The translations under genes were made by a program, and so were the position numbers. This document shows, piece by piece, positions 1 to 12,492 of a stretch of 64,000 bases of DNA. Source of the stretch: Hormiphora californensis (taxonomy: Eukaryota > Animalia > Ctenophora); the NCBI GenBank assembly GCA_020137815.1, contig CM035353.1, positions 1 through 64,000 on the forward strand. Direction: 5' to 3'. The notes beneath the pieces are model-generated. The model was not told the origin of the DNA and did not search any database. It worked only from the letters and a program-made list of their open reading frames with translations. Numbering within the stretch: position 1 is the first letter of the stretch; every line of letters starts with the position of its first letter.

Positions 1-3000
1 GTGTCGTACAGATCGAAAAGTGTAAGGCTCGTTTTATTATTGAAATTAGCATTTTTTGTGTAACAGTTTTGACGTCTCCATAAATACATTTTTAGAGAAG
101 GAGCATGAAATTTGGGGATTTGGAGAGGACATGGAGTGAATTGATGTGGAAAGATTTTGAATTGTTTTTGGTTTTGTTTGTAATTTGAGTATTTTCTATT
201 TGTTATACAGCCACAAGAATCATTGGTTTTTACAGATTTCCCAGAACACCTTGGTACACAAATCTAGCTCTGTAGGGTACATCGTTTGAGAGTTAACGCT
301 AATATTTTGTCAGTACGTAGGCAAGGGTAGACGGAACTTTTGACAAATTTTCATCACTAACGAAGTACCTATGCATTTTATGGGGTGTAAAAACAGTGAA
401 AATATCAATATATCAGGACCGGAAATCAGCTAGGATTTAAATAAAAATTTTTTGCGGCTGTTCACCTCCATGTCCTCTCCAAATCCCCAAATTTCATGTC
501 CTATCTCTAAAAAGATTATTGAGACGTCAAAAACTGTTACACAAAAAATGCTAATCAATAAAACGAGCCTTACACATTTTCGATCTGTACGACACACCTC
601 AATAAGGACGCGCCCAAAATTTATGGCCATATAGAGAATCGTTAGACGCAACTTTTGACCAATTACAGTTTCACGTATTTGCGGAACTTGGCCAAATATG
701 GCGTTAAAGTCAAAAAAAAAGAAATCCACCTCAGGCACCGGAAATCAAGCTCCGGATTCAAAAAAATTTTTGTGGCTACTCACCCCTTTGTCCTCTTCAA
801 ATCCCCAAATTTTTATGATCCTATCTTTACAAATGTATTTGAGATGCCAAAAACTCATTTTCAGTTCATTTTTCAAGCAGCTGTAGCAAAAATATGAATT
901 CGACTTGAGAGCTCAAATTGCATATTTGAGGTCTCCTTGGCATGGCCTACAACCCTACGGTGAGAGATGCCTGCACTCGAAAAAAAATTTTGGTTAGCGT
1001 ACCCTTAAGCACTGCGAATAGTCAGTCAAGTTTGACCGAGACGCAGTAAGTGCACCCGGAATAGAGTCAAGCAGTCAAAATCAAACCACACCCAGGGGTC
1101 CCCACACCAGGGAGACTCAACACAAAACCAAGTTGACCCTGGACTGACCCTTGAATTCGAATGCTCATCTAACTATATTAAATGCAAACTGTATGTGATA
1201 ATTTTCACGTGCAAATTGAGTAGTTGACTCGATGGTGTTTGTGAGTTTCTACCGAGCTAGTCTCATAATCGCGGCACAGGGACAGGGAACGAAGTTTTCT
1301 CAAATTTGCAATCGGTACGATCACCCCATGGTTCTCTATAGTTCTCCCAATACAATAAGCATCCTACAAAACATCGGTTAGATCAAATCATACAGATAAG
1401 TAGCAATTTAATACATCAATAGGATCGAAACACACAAAACAATTAATTACTAAATATTATACCTGAACCAGTAGAAAAAGTCCGGCATTCCAATCCCCTG
1501 GAAAACCTTGCTAAACCCAGAATGGTGAAAAATGGCCATGTTTGGTCAGTTAAGTCCACTAAACAGGTTGCAAGGTCGCCAACTCGGTACTGAGAGTAGA
1601 GGACACATTTCCACCGGATATCGTACTTCAAACGATGCAAGAAAAAGGCAGAAAGTCCATTGAAAGTTGAAGTGCTCGAGGACAAAACCTCCTGAAACAA
1701 TCTAAGTTCGAGAAATGCTCAAATTTATTATTTACTAGCGCACCCATTGGGTGCGCCCCCAGTGAGGGCTTTTTGAAACCCACAGGGCTTCGCCGTGTGG
1801 TTGTTTTTGCCACTTTTAACGGATTAACACGGTTGCCATGGCAACTGAAGTGGGAACTATGGGGAATGAATTGTTAAAACTCATTCGAAAATAATAAGAA
1901 AATTCCACTGGAAGTTCCCAAAAGTGTGAGCAACATGATAACAGCTTTGGTTCAAAATGTTTTATGAAGGAGCAACCATTCCTAAAAATTTTTGCTTGTC
2001 GATAATGAGTGGAACAAGACTGAAGGAATTAAATCAAATTCGGGCTCTACTAGATGAACATGGAATCCAGTACTCGCAGAGAATGAAGAAAGCCCACAAT
2101 GGATCTGCTAGGAGATATCTACCAAGACTCACAAAACAACATGGAGTCAGTGGAAAAATGTCCCGAGTGTAGTAAAACAGTAGACAACGGCGTCCAAGGT
2201 GATGGGTGTCAATTGTGGTTTCATTGCAATGTGCTAACACTCAACGATGCAACATTCAAAAACATCGGAAGGTACGGAACACACTGGGAATGTTCACTTG
2301 CGATCAGATTCCATCTTTTGACAAAGTTACTACAAAAATTGAGCTAAAGTGGGGAAATTTTCAAGGCAACCTAGAGTCAACATCAACGAAATTCACGAGA
2401 AGTGTCCTCTTTCCGATCCCCTACTGTTACATTACCCAATGGTAAGGCTTGGAAGAGACTACATTGAGATGATCAAAGATTTATGTGATAAAATGGACGG
2501 ACAAAACTGATCTACAGGGTATCGCTCTAACAGCCATTCATGTAAGTGGCGCCTGCGGTTACAGAAACCGCGAAAAAACAGTAAACACAAAGACAACTTT
2601 GACCTCTTGACCAAAAGATTGGAAAAATGGAAAGATGGGCATTTTATCAGCTATTATCAAGAAGCCACTGCCATTCAGGGTAGGCTAAACTCATCAACAG
2701 CAGGAAACAAAACCGACACAATCTTGCATTCTCAAGACTAATGTTGGTAGGGAGGTGGCAGCAGCTCTCAGACTACTCAGAACAGCACAAGAGGCCCACT
2801 GCAAGTAAACCTCAACTGATAACGACACTGAAGAAAAAACATCAACCGGCCAGAGAATTGCTGTATGTAGAACGATTAGTATCAACCACGATGCACCAAC
2901 ATGCGAACCTGGGAACATGAGCAAACTTGTGGAGGGAGGATACGAAGGGCAGCATGTATATAAGGAGGGTGCGGACCAAGTGGGATGGATAACAATCTAT

Positions 3001-3200
3001 GGAGACGCATGTTGACATCGAAATCTTTTGGACACAGTACGAACGAACTGAGCGAATCTATAGCAAGGATGACGAGACGATTATGCGTTGAATTTGTTGA
3101 TACAGGGACTCTTAATTCATATTAGTTGTAGATTGATAGGATTAGACAAGAAACCAGGTGTTAGAACCTATTGGAATGGGAGATTATGAGATCGTATTAT
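1..3200 (+). repeat. Indel-rich duplicate of 14969..~17934 (Kolobok-like MITE part, MFS exon, CRE element 5' half) continuing into the CRE RT domain
   Basis: Base 1 aligns with 14969 and colinearity holds to ~2917. Differences are mostly 1-bp indels. Beyond that it encodes, in broken frames, GPSGMDNNLWRRML...LDKKPGVR (CRE-type RT). Confidence 0.9.
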
Positions 3201-5408
3201 AATTTCTTTGAAGCAAACAATCGACTGAGTTCTAGAAAGTCAGCATATTTTTGGAGTTAATTATTGAATTGGAAAACTCGTTAAAGGTACTGTCCTTAAA
3301 ATTTGTTAAAACTCATCGAGTGCTTTTCAAATAACCGAATGCGACTCAAATGTTGTTTGATTCCGTCCCAGATTGTTTGTACAAACGTTCAAACTTGCGA
3401 GCGTGCTGATCTCGCACATAGATACATTCCTTGTAATTTAGTTTCAGGCTTTTTCACAAACTTTAGAAGTGTGATACTGTTGGTGAAAGGTTTCCGAATC
3501 TTTATCGCGCCATCTGCAGAGGGGTCATCTAGTGGATAATCCTCATCTTATCTGAGTTCTTTGGTCACCATACCTTCATTAATCGTAGGTTTTGTGATAG
3601 GGTCTGTATGGCTCAAGGAGTTGATAAATGAAAGGGGAACGATTGGTCACACAAGTCACAAGCTAACATTTGGTAAAAGAAATGAAGATAGTTGTCCCAT
3701 ATATACCATGGCATGACATCGAAAGAAATAGTTACTGCAGTTAGGACATTTATTTTCATAGGTTTCCGAGAAACAGCTTGGTTCGTAATATTATCAAACA
3801 TTTGGGTTCTGGTTTAGCATTTCAACGAATGTTCAATTAATGAGTTTGATTCCTAATGGCGTCCACAAGAAGGTTCTCGCGATCTGTTAGATCGCTTTGC
3901 TGATATCAGCGTCAATAAGATCATGCTTGAAAGCAACGCAGTGTAGCAAAGCATTGGTATGTATTTTCTCGGTCCGAAGATTCGCTATCAGATGAGATAT
4001 ATCTGAGTCAGACTCTGGATCTGAAAATACACTTAAGCCATTTTTCTTAGGACGACTCGTGACGCGTATAGATCTCGGCATAACTAAAAATGAATTGAAC
4101 GCAATAGCAATCTCTTTATAGTTCCAACTAGCTATTACTGTTCTGGTGTTGTTCCGGTGTTGTTCCATTGAATCACAATATGTTCCGTTGTTGTTCTTTG
4201 TAATTTCACTGTTTCCATTTCGTCCTTTTAATGAAAAGTCACCGGAACACCAAGAACACTACGAATGATAAAGTAACGACAAAATCATTTTTCAGAACAC
4301 CGGTGTAAAAATACGTTTCCTAGTTTATGTGTATCTACTGCATGTTTTCGTTTGTGAAACAATTTTACAATATTTTTACTGTTCCGCCGTTGTTCCGTTC
4401 TAATATCCATGTTCTTTTGTATTTCTCATATTCTTATTTAACGAAAAAAATGTTCCGTTGACGTTCTTTTTAATTTTCACCGTTCCCGTCTCGTTCCTTT
4501 CTGGTGGAAAGTCACTGGAATACCAAAGAACGGTAAGAATAACAAAAGAACACTAAAGGAACGCTGGAGTACATTTATTATTTGTATCAGAACACCTGGC
4601 ACGAGAAAAGAGAGAGAAGTTATATGCATTGTGTAGGAGTGTGATGTGGTAGGGGTGAGATCACTAACACACAGAAATTTCAAACAAAAATTGACAACTC
4701 CCAATCGTGAATGTGGGCCCTTGTCAGCGCCAAAATAAATTCCATGGCCCTTGCCGGCGCAGGTGGTATTCTACCAAACAGCTCTTGCCAGCGCCGCATA
4801 ATTTTGGTAATTAGAAGTCACGTGACATGCACATACAAAATGGTGCCCCAGTTAGGGCAAAAAAGGGGTCCCAACTGTGCACACTATACTACTCAATTAT
4901 TTTTGCATATTTAATCACATTCACAAAGCAATGGCCATAAATACCTAAGAGGGAGACAATAATATACACGCGATAGTAATTATTTCTCTGTTTCTTTGTT
5001 CTCTTAACAGCAGAGAGTTAATTCCCATATAGTATGATTCACAATAGTGTGAATCAATCACAATATGAAAGCTGGGTATAACGATCTCACAAAAGGACAA
5101 AATATAAACAAATCAATCAACAAATACCTAGTATACTAATTGTTGATTTGATGGTGTATAGTATAGTATCAGTAGTATCACCACTATAAAAGTTTGAAAA
5201 AAGAATCTGATTCTATTTAGAAAATGTTAGAAACGATATGTAAGTTCTCAGTCTCACGATCAATTTGCAAATTACAACTTTAGTTCGTGCTTCTCGATAA
5301 GAAACAATACCAGTTCTTAATGAAGCTGCACCAGCTGTACTTATGTATATTGAAATTTGTAGTTGGATGTTCCAGACACACTACCATGACAGAATCTGAT
5401 ATAGATAG

Positions 5409-5516
5409 CAGGAACCGACGACACAAGTAAAACAACCAATCAGAATCGTTATTTAGGTAACGTGACTGGTTATCAGCCAATCAGGGACCAGTATTTCCTG
5501 ATTCGGTCGGTTCCTG
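5409..5516. mobile_element. Short MITE-like repeat with CAGGAACCGAC terminal inverted repeats
   Basis: caggaaccgac...gtcggttcctg termini, ~108 bp; resembles a high-copy repeat I recall from ctenophore sequence. Confidence 0.65.
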
Positions 5517-6523
5517 GTAGATATAGACACTTGGATTACTAGCGAGACATGTAGAAAAATAATTTGAGAAGAAGGCAGTCGCCTAGTGAAATAAAAACTA
5601 GGGAGAAATGTCGACCAACAAAAAGGGGGGGGGGTCAGAGCGTATAAGAATGTGGGAAAATGAACCAGAGCAAAAGAGGCAACGGAGGTGGAGAAGAGAT
5701 AGAGGGGGGTGAACGGGAAGAGGAGAGAGAGACTAGAGAGAGAGAGAGAAAGATAGAGATAGAGAGAGCAGAAAAATGACAATATACCAGCACGTGTAAC
5801 GGAGGGAACACGCCTTAAGTGGAGCTCTCAACGATTTACACACTTGTATATAATGAAGGTGGTATACACGTTCCGGCAAGAGGCAGCAGGGGGAGAGCAG
5901 CTGCAAGGCAAAACTAAAATGATTCCGGATTCTTTGCTTTTCCAAGTCATATTAATTTAGTTGAATAAAAATATGAATAATTTAAGGATTAACGCCCGCT
6001 AGATGGACTGTGTGCAGAGAAGTTACGATTATAACCGCATATAAATATGAGTTGAGATTAGAGAGGGTGGGGAGAGAGAAAAGAAATCTGAACGTAGAAT
6101 GAAAATAAACCGAAATTGATGAAAAAAGGGAGAGAAATGCAAAAATAGGAGGGGGCGGAGGAGGATAGCGACAAAGGTTGAAACAAAAGAGAGCTAGATC
6201 ATGTAAACAGGAAGGATGAATCAGGGGATCGGAGCAACGGCATTTACATGGAGCAAGCGTGTGTGTTTGGTTGGGAGAGTAAAAATATGCTCAGATATTC
6301 ATGAGAGAAAGAAAATGAAAGAAAGAGAGACGTGAGAGAAAGAGAAAGAGAGATAGAGACGGATAGAGGGAAAATGAGCAATTACAGAATGCACCACCTG
6401 CAGCAGATGCTGAGTAAAACAGGGAAAACACAGAGTACACACCACATGCGGATGACACATGGGTCAAAAGGAGAGACACAAAATGAGAATTAGCATGATT
6501 CTAAGATAGAGAGAGAGAGGAGG

Positions 6524-6570
<47 letters not shown>

Positions 6571-9020
6571 AGAGACGAGAGAGAGGAGAGAGGAGAGAGA
6601 GAGGAGGAGAGGGGGGGGGGGGGGGGGGGGGGAGCGATGAAGCAGGAGAATCTGACATTAGCATCACACACAGCTGGGATCAGTGACTTATTATGAAGAC
6701 ACCGTAGGTACTGCAGGTGAGCACACATGTATTTCCTGAGACTCACAGACACATGCAATTGGGACCCCCGCAATCTCAATTCAAATAAAACTGTGTATTA
6801 AATGAGATTGGAGCAGGGAGCTACACAGCTATATATAGGGCTATATATGTAAGGTTATAAATTATATAGCTAGTTGTTTACTATCGAGACAATAAGAATA
6901 TTACGAGAAACAATTCTATGAAGTTCTCTGAAATCCATTCTTCATTGAGCGACTTGATCATGATCATCAATTGTATAATTGTAACCCTAAAAATTTCTAT
7001 TGACAAAATTAAACAGAGCAATTTAGTTATACACTATGATTCAGATAATTGGCAGTAAATGAAGTTCAACATAAACAAGTTATAGAATTATTCAGACCAA
7101 CACAACAAATCGCTGCTGATTCTTTAGCTGTCAAAGAAATCGATCTAATTTCTAATTTTATATTTGAATCTTACAATTGCTACGAATTATTCTATGGCAT
7201 TACAGAGCTAAATACATTCATATAGAGACTATAAATATAGCTGACTTGTCTTGTACGAGCTAGTCGGAGGACATTTTGCATATAATTGTACGTGCATGGT
7301 CGCATGGAATTCCTACTAGTAGGGGAAAAAACAATTATAAACAGAGGGAGGGAGCAACAAACATTTGGTCTATTCTAGTTGAAATTACAGGCCAGATCTG
7401 ATTTATTCTAGTTTAATCCGGAAACCAGAATGATCAAAGATCAGAAACATGTTCTAAAGAAAGGTTGGAATCTGCCTTTGATCTAGAATTGGAGAATGAT
7501 GAAAAATAGGCCATTATATATAAGAAAATATGTAACAAACTGTCAAACTAGCTAGTAGAGTGTATAGTATAATAGAACCAATCTCTATACTCCAAGTTAT
7601 TAATAATGATACTGGGTCAAAATACTAGAAATCACTATATAGATCAGCACACTATAAAAAATAGTCACCTCTCACTGGGGTAGATTTCCCTTAATTCTGT
7701 TTCATAGAGAGATGTTGAGTAAGTAGACTTACAGAGTACTTACTAATTATACTAACTATATTGTATAGGGCGGCACAGTACCTACCTGACGGGCAGGAAA
7801 CTAGTATATAGTGGACAGTGGTATAATGGTATATTGACTGTGAGATATACAACATGCTCCATGAAGCAGACCGGTTCACAAGTGTGCAGTGTATAATAGA
7901 GATTATTATATAAAGATTGCTGTAGCATACTCTCTCTATTACTATGGAAGTGATCTATTAGAGTGATATAATTGGAGAATCTTTCTTGACTCACTAGCCC
8001 TGTCTCTATATTCTCTCTCTGTTTTATCTGTCTCTCGCCGCGCTCTCTTCTATCTATATCTACCTATTATCTATCTTTCTTCCTTCCTCTGCATCTGCCA
8101 TGGAATCTTTGTGGTCGCACTCCGCGATTACGCAAGATTACTGGTAATCCCCTTCCAATACAGATCACAATGATTTAATCCGTAATTAAAAAAATTGCCG
8201 TGGAACATTCACGCCCAAATGGAACTGACTTCGAACGATTCAAGTACATTATATGAAATAACCATGCGCTAAAGTGGTGAACGTAATTGCCAATTCATTG
8301 AAAAAAATATGTTTATTAATGGACACGTGCAGCGTGCAGAGTGGCATATTACGAGAACCACGGAATTGTCTGTATTTGTAGAATTGCATGCACAGACAGA
8401 AACATACACACATGGATGAGGAGATCTCTCTTTACGAGATATTATAACTAACGAAAGAGTAGAAATCTAAGAGCCACACATGTGGTTGGGTGTTGTGTGG
8501 TGAAGATAGTGAAAATAGTGAGACAATGATTTAACGATAGAGAGAGACAGAGACAGAGAGAGATATAGAGAGATAGAAGGAGAGAGAGCGAGAGAGAGAG
8601 AGCGAGAGAGAAAGATTGTGAGAGAAAGACATGACTGAGCGAGACATTTGCAATCGAAGGAAATGAGATTTCCAATTATTCGCCAATGAGCCAATGACGT
8701 ACCTCTGATCAGATATCATGAACACATACCACATCTGCTCGTCAAAAAATGACATACTCATAGGCTGTTATCACACATTCTAATATGAGTCAAGATAAAC
8801 GACAGTGTCATAAAAATTTTGTAATGAATTGTTCGGAAGTCAACAATTAAGAAGAATATCTTCCTATGGAGGGCGTAGGTTAACTTTAAATATTCGAGTC
8901 CGAATTATGATTCTTTTCTTTACTGTTGTAATGCTAAAATAAAGAAAAATCATTAATGATGGCAATGATGATTGCACACTAAAATGTGTCAGTGTCAGTA
9001 CATATATCAGGACCACATCC

Positions 9021-10582
9021 TCACTTCACAAGACGGGGTACAATGAGAAGTACAGTCATCAACATCCAAGTACCAAGAGTAACGATCAGGGTGGCCCTTT
9101 CTGACCTCTCTGGTACTGTTACCCCGGAAATAGCACCACCAAGAATCGCAGAGATATTCATTACAAAGGCATAGACAATGGAGGACCTCTCTCCCAGACT
9201 CCTCATCTCCACGCCCCATCTTCTGTACAGTTCGAACTTGTATGTGATACACATGTTCACTATTGATGCGTCTCCGAACCCGGCAATTAGAGTCCCCAAC
9301 TCAAATGATCCGGGGAAGGAGTAGAAGGAGGTTGTACAGGAGTACATCAGGGAGGCACCGTTGTAAAAGAGGAAGTTTCCACCGAGCATCATCCAGAAGA
9401 CAGTGGAAATCTGACCGGATGTAACGCTTAGACCGATACTTGAAATAAGGCTGAACACATTGACCAAGTTCACCATTAGGGCAGTATTCGTGGTGTTTGT
9501 TTCACCAGCCAGGCGCATACGCTCCGGGATGGCAGTTATCAGCAAGATGAAGCAGAGGTTGTTTACAAAAAGTACAATGTCAGGCAGAACAAACGCCAAA
9601 GATTGAACAGTTGAAAGTTTATCTATCGGGCTCTCAACCAACAACTTCTCTTCCTCTGAGGAAGGCCTACTTTTCGTTGATTCTGAATCCACAATATCGA
9701 CTTTTGCATAGTTTTCGTCTGGAGACTTCGGAAGCCACGGTAAAAACAGGATTGGTAAAAGAAAGATACCTGGTTAAATTAACTCTATTATGGTCAAATA
9801 TTTGGTAACAGAAATTTGTTGGAAAGGTGACCACCATTGTTTTCAGAAAATTCTCGAAACTCTCTCCATCTCATGATATTAAAAGGGTTTCAAAACAAGG
9901 AATTGAAGCGTTTACCTGCCATTCCAAGGCCGACAGCAATCCACGAGTAGAGTTGGTATAACTCGGCTCCGATTAATGTTCCACCTATTGTTCCGATATG
10001 CATAGAGCCACTTATTAATCCGATTTCCATGGGCCGATCTTTGAAGTGTAAATCCACTATCTCGCCCTGACAAAACATTTGTTTTATGCGATAAAATCCA
10101 TGACCAGGTAGTATATTATATACCTGAACCAGTAGAAAAAGTCCGGCCATTCCAATCCCCTGGAGAAACCTTGCTAAACCAAGAATGGTGAAAATGGCCC
10201 ATGTTTGGTCAGTTAGGTCCACTAAACAGGTTGCAAGGGTCGCCACACTCGCTATTGAGCAGTAGAGGACACATTTCCACCGGATACTGTACTTCAAACG
10301 ATGCAAGAAAAAGGCGGAAAGTCCCATAGAAAGATGAAGTGCTCCGAGGAAAAAACCTCCTGAAACAAAGTTCGAGAAATGCTCAAATTAATATCAATAA
10401 GCATTATATATGCGTGTATAATGGCTCGGCAAGTGGAGTTACATACCAGCAACATCGTTCAGGTTCTGAGTTCGGAAATATTCAAGTTGAAACATGGCCG
10501 TGTGAGTACGGCATGAATTAACCACAACGTTACCAAAACAAGCAAACGCCAGATAAAATACATTTTCGGTTATAAACGGCAT
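9021..10582 (-). CDS. MFS-type multi-pass membrane transporter, paralog 1 (4 coding exons, ~423 aa)
   Basis: Exons 10582-10447, 10359-10124, 10066-9916, 9769-9021 with GT-AG introns. They join in frame (1272 nt). Many TM segments and the MFS motif LARFLQGIG. Confidence 0.8.
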
Positions 10583-11259
10583 GACTATAAATAAGGGAAT
10601 AGGATATAATTTCAGCCCCCAATTTTTGAGGGGTTTCTTGGAGAACAAAGGGTCAAACAAAGTTCGTATCACAGGTCGACTAGCTAACAGCTCGTCAGTA
10701 TTATATCCTTGGTTATTGTGTATTACTATAGTATCGGATTGGGAATGGGGTAAGGCTATAGTGCGGTTTTAGGTGGAATATTATCTCATTAGTCATTAGT
10801 GAGAAAGCATGTTGAGATGGGACAATCCGACTATTGGATGCTGCGATGGAAAGATAATAGCTCTCAATAGGGACCGTATTGAGAGCTATTATCTTATTAT
10901 GGCAGCATGCCGCCAAATTCAAACATAATGCTGCGGCGTCCAATTATAGTCGCATTGTCCCATGGATAGAGAAATCGGCACGTATGTTGAGAGAGATAAT
11001 ATATGTTATGAAACATTCGTCAGCGTCAGAGTTGAGGCTTGAACCTCAATTCAACAAAATTTGTAAATGTAATTTTGAAAGTGGTTTATGTGCATGTAGA
11101 TATAATATCAAAATTTTATTTTATCTTTAAATCACCACAAGCTCACCAAAATTGGTCAAAAGGTGTATTAGGACACCCTGAACAGTGAACACGTTCCTGG
11201 TCTTATCTCCATTTTGGTTGTATTGTTCATACAGCACAACATTTTGGCCTATCTACATG

Positions 11260-11326
11260 ATCAGATGTCTCAAATCAGGTGTCTCAAATCAGGTGTCTCA
11301 AATCAGATGTCTCAAATCAGATGTCT
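11260..11326. repeat. 14-bp tandem repeat (tcagatgtctcaaa)
   Basis: About 5 direct copies visible. Confidence 0.8.
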
Positions 11327-11931
11327 GGGGGGGGGGGGGGGGTCCAGCCCTAAAAAAGCTAAGCTATCGGCCAAAATCAGGGTACCTTTAGCTTTTTTTA
11401 GCTTTTTTTTAGCTTTTTTTTTAGCTTTTTTTAGCTTTTTTCAGCTTTTTTTAGCTTTTTTAGCCTTTATTTAGCTTTTTTAGCTTTTTTTAGGCTAAAA
11501 AAAGCTAAAAAAAAAGCTAAAATTGAGTTTTTAGTGGATTCATATAGGTTCGAATCCCGCTGACGCCAATTTTTTTTAAACTTTTATTATAACGTTTTTT
11601 GAACTTTTTTAAAACTATTTTTATCAAATTTGAATAATATTTTTATCGAAAAAATGTCTCCAGAAAATGGCAGTAGGGGTGGATACAGAAATTGCTATGT
11701 ATGGACATAAACGGTAGATTATGGTAAAAAATGTGCAGGAAATGAACAAATGCAGTCAATAGACGTCCGGAAGGATGAAAATTTAATGGAAAAGTGTCAA
11801 GATGAATGCTGAAAAAACATAAAAAGTAGGGCTAAAAAAAGCTAAAAAAAGCTAAAAAAAGCCAACATAAAAAAGCCATCGACCAAAATCAGGGTACCTT
11901 TAGCTTTTTTAGGGCTGGACCCCCCCCCCCC
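11327..11931. mobile_element. MITE with poly-G/TCCAGCCCTAAAAAAGCTAA TIRs
   Basis: G-run+tccagccctaaaaaagctaa ... ttagcttttttagggctgga+C-run; atgtct on both sides (possible 6-bp TSD); internal (ttagcttttt)n. Confidence 0.75.
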
Positions 11932-12492
11932 ATGTCTCAGATATACAGGGGTGGGCATAAAAAATGTCCGCCCTAGACTAGCATGGTTCCAGATATCGTA
12001 GAGCGCCAAAATTTGGCAGAGTTACTCTATGAGACAAATAAATAGGTTGACCAAAATTTCAGACTTTTAGCTCAAAGTTCATTTTTTGATCGGAATGAAC
12101 ATTGTCATTCATGTATCATGATGTGCCCTGGTACGAAAATGAGTGAAGAATGATATACGTCACCAACTGCTAGTGAATTGAAATTTCGTTTTGAAATTCA
12201 ATAGCAGATATTCTGTTAAACTGCAAATACAAAAATCATGATACATCTTGGGGTACATCTTTCAGGTCATCCTTTTCAATACCTCTTGAGTCATATGATA
12301 AGCGATAGTGTCATAAAAATTTTGTAATGAATTGTTCGGAAGTCAACAAAGAATATCTTCCTATGGAAGGCGTAGGTTCAATTATATTCAAGTTCGTTTT
12401 TAAAATAAAGAAAACTCATTAATGATGGCAATGATGATTGAATACTGAACTGTTTCAGTGTCAGTACATATTATATATCAGCACCATATACC

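Noticed and set aside
3540-4170. Possible degraded Cys-rich coding sequence on the - strand
   Set aside because: Only scattered CxxC words in a low-quality region; no coherent frame or family
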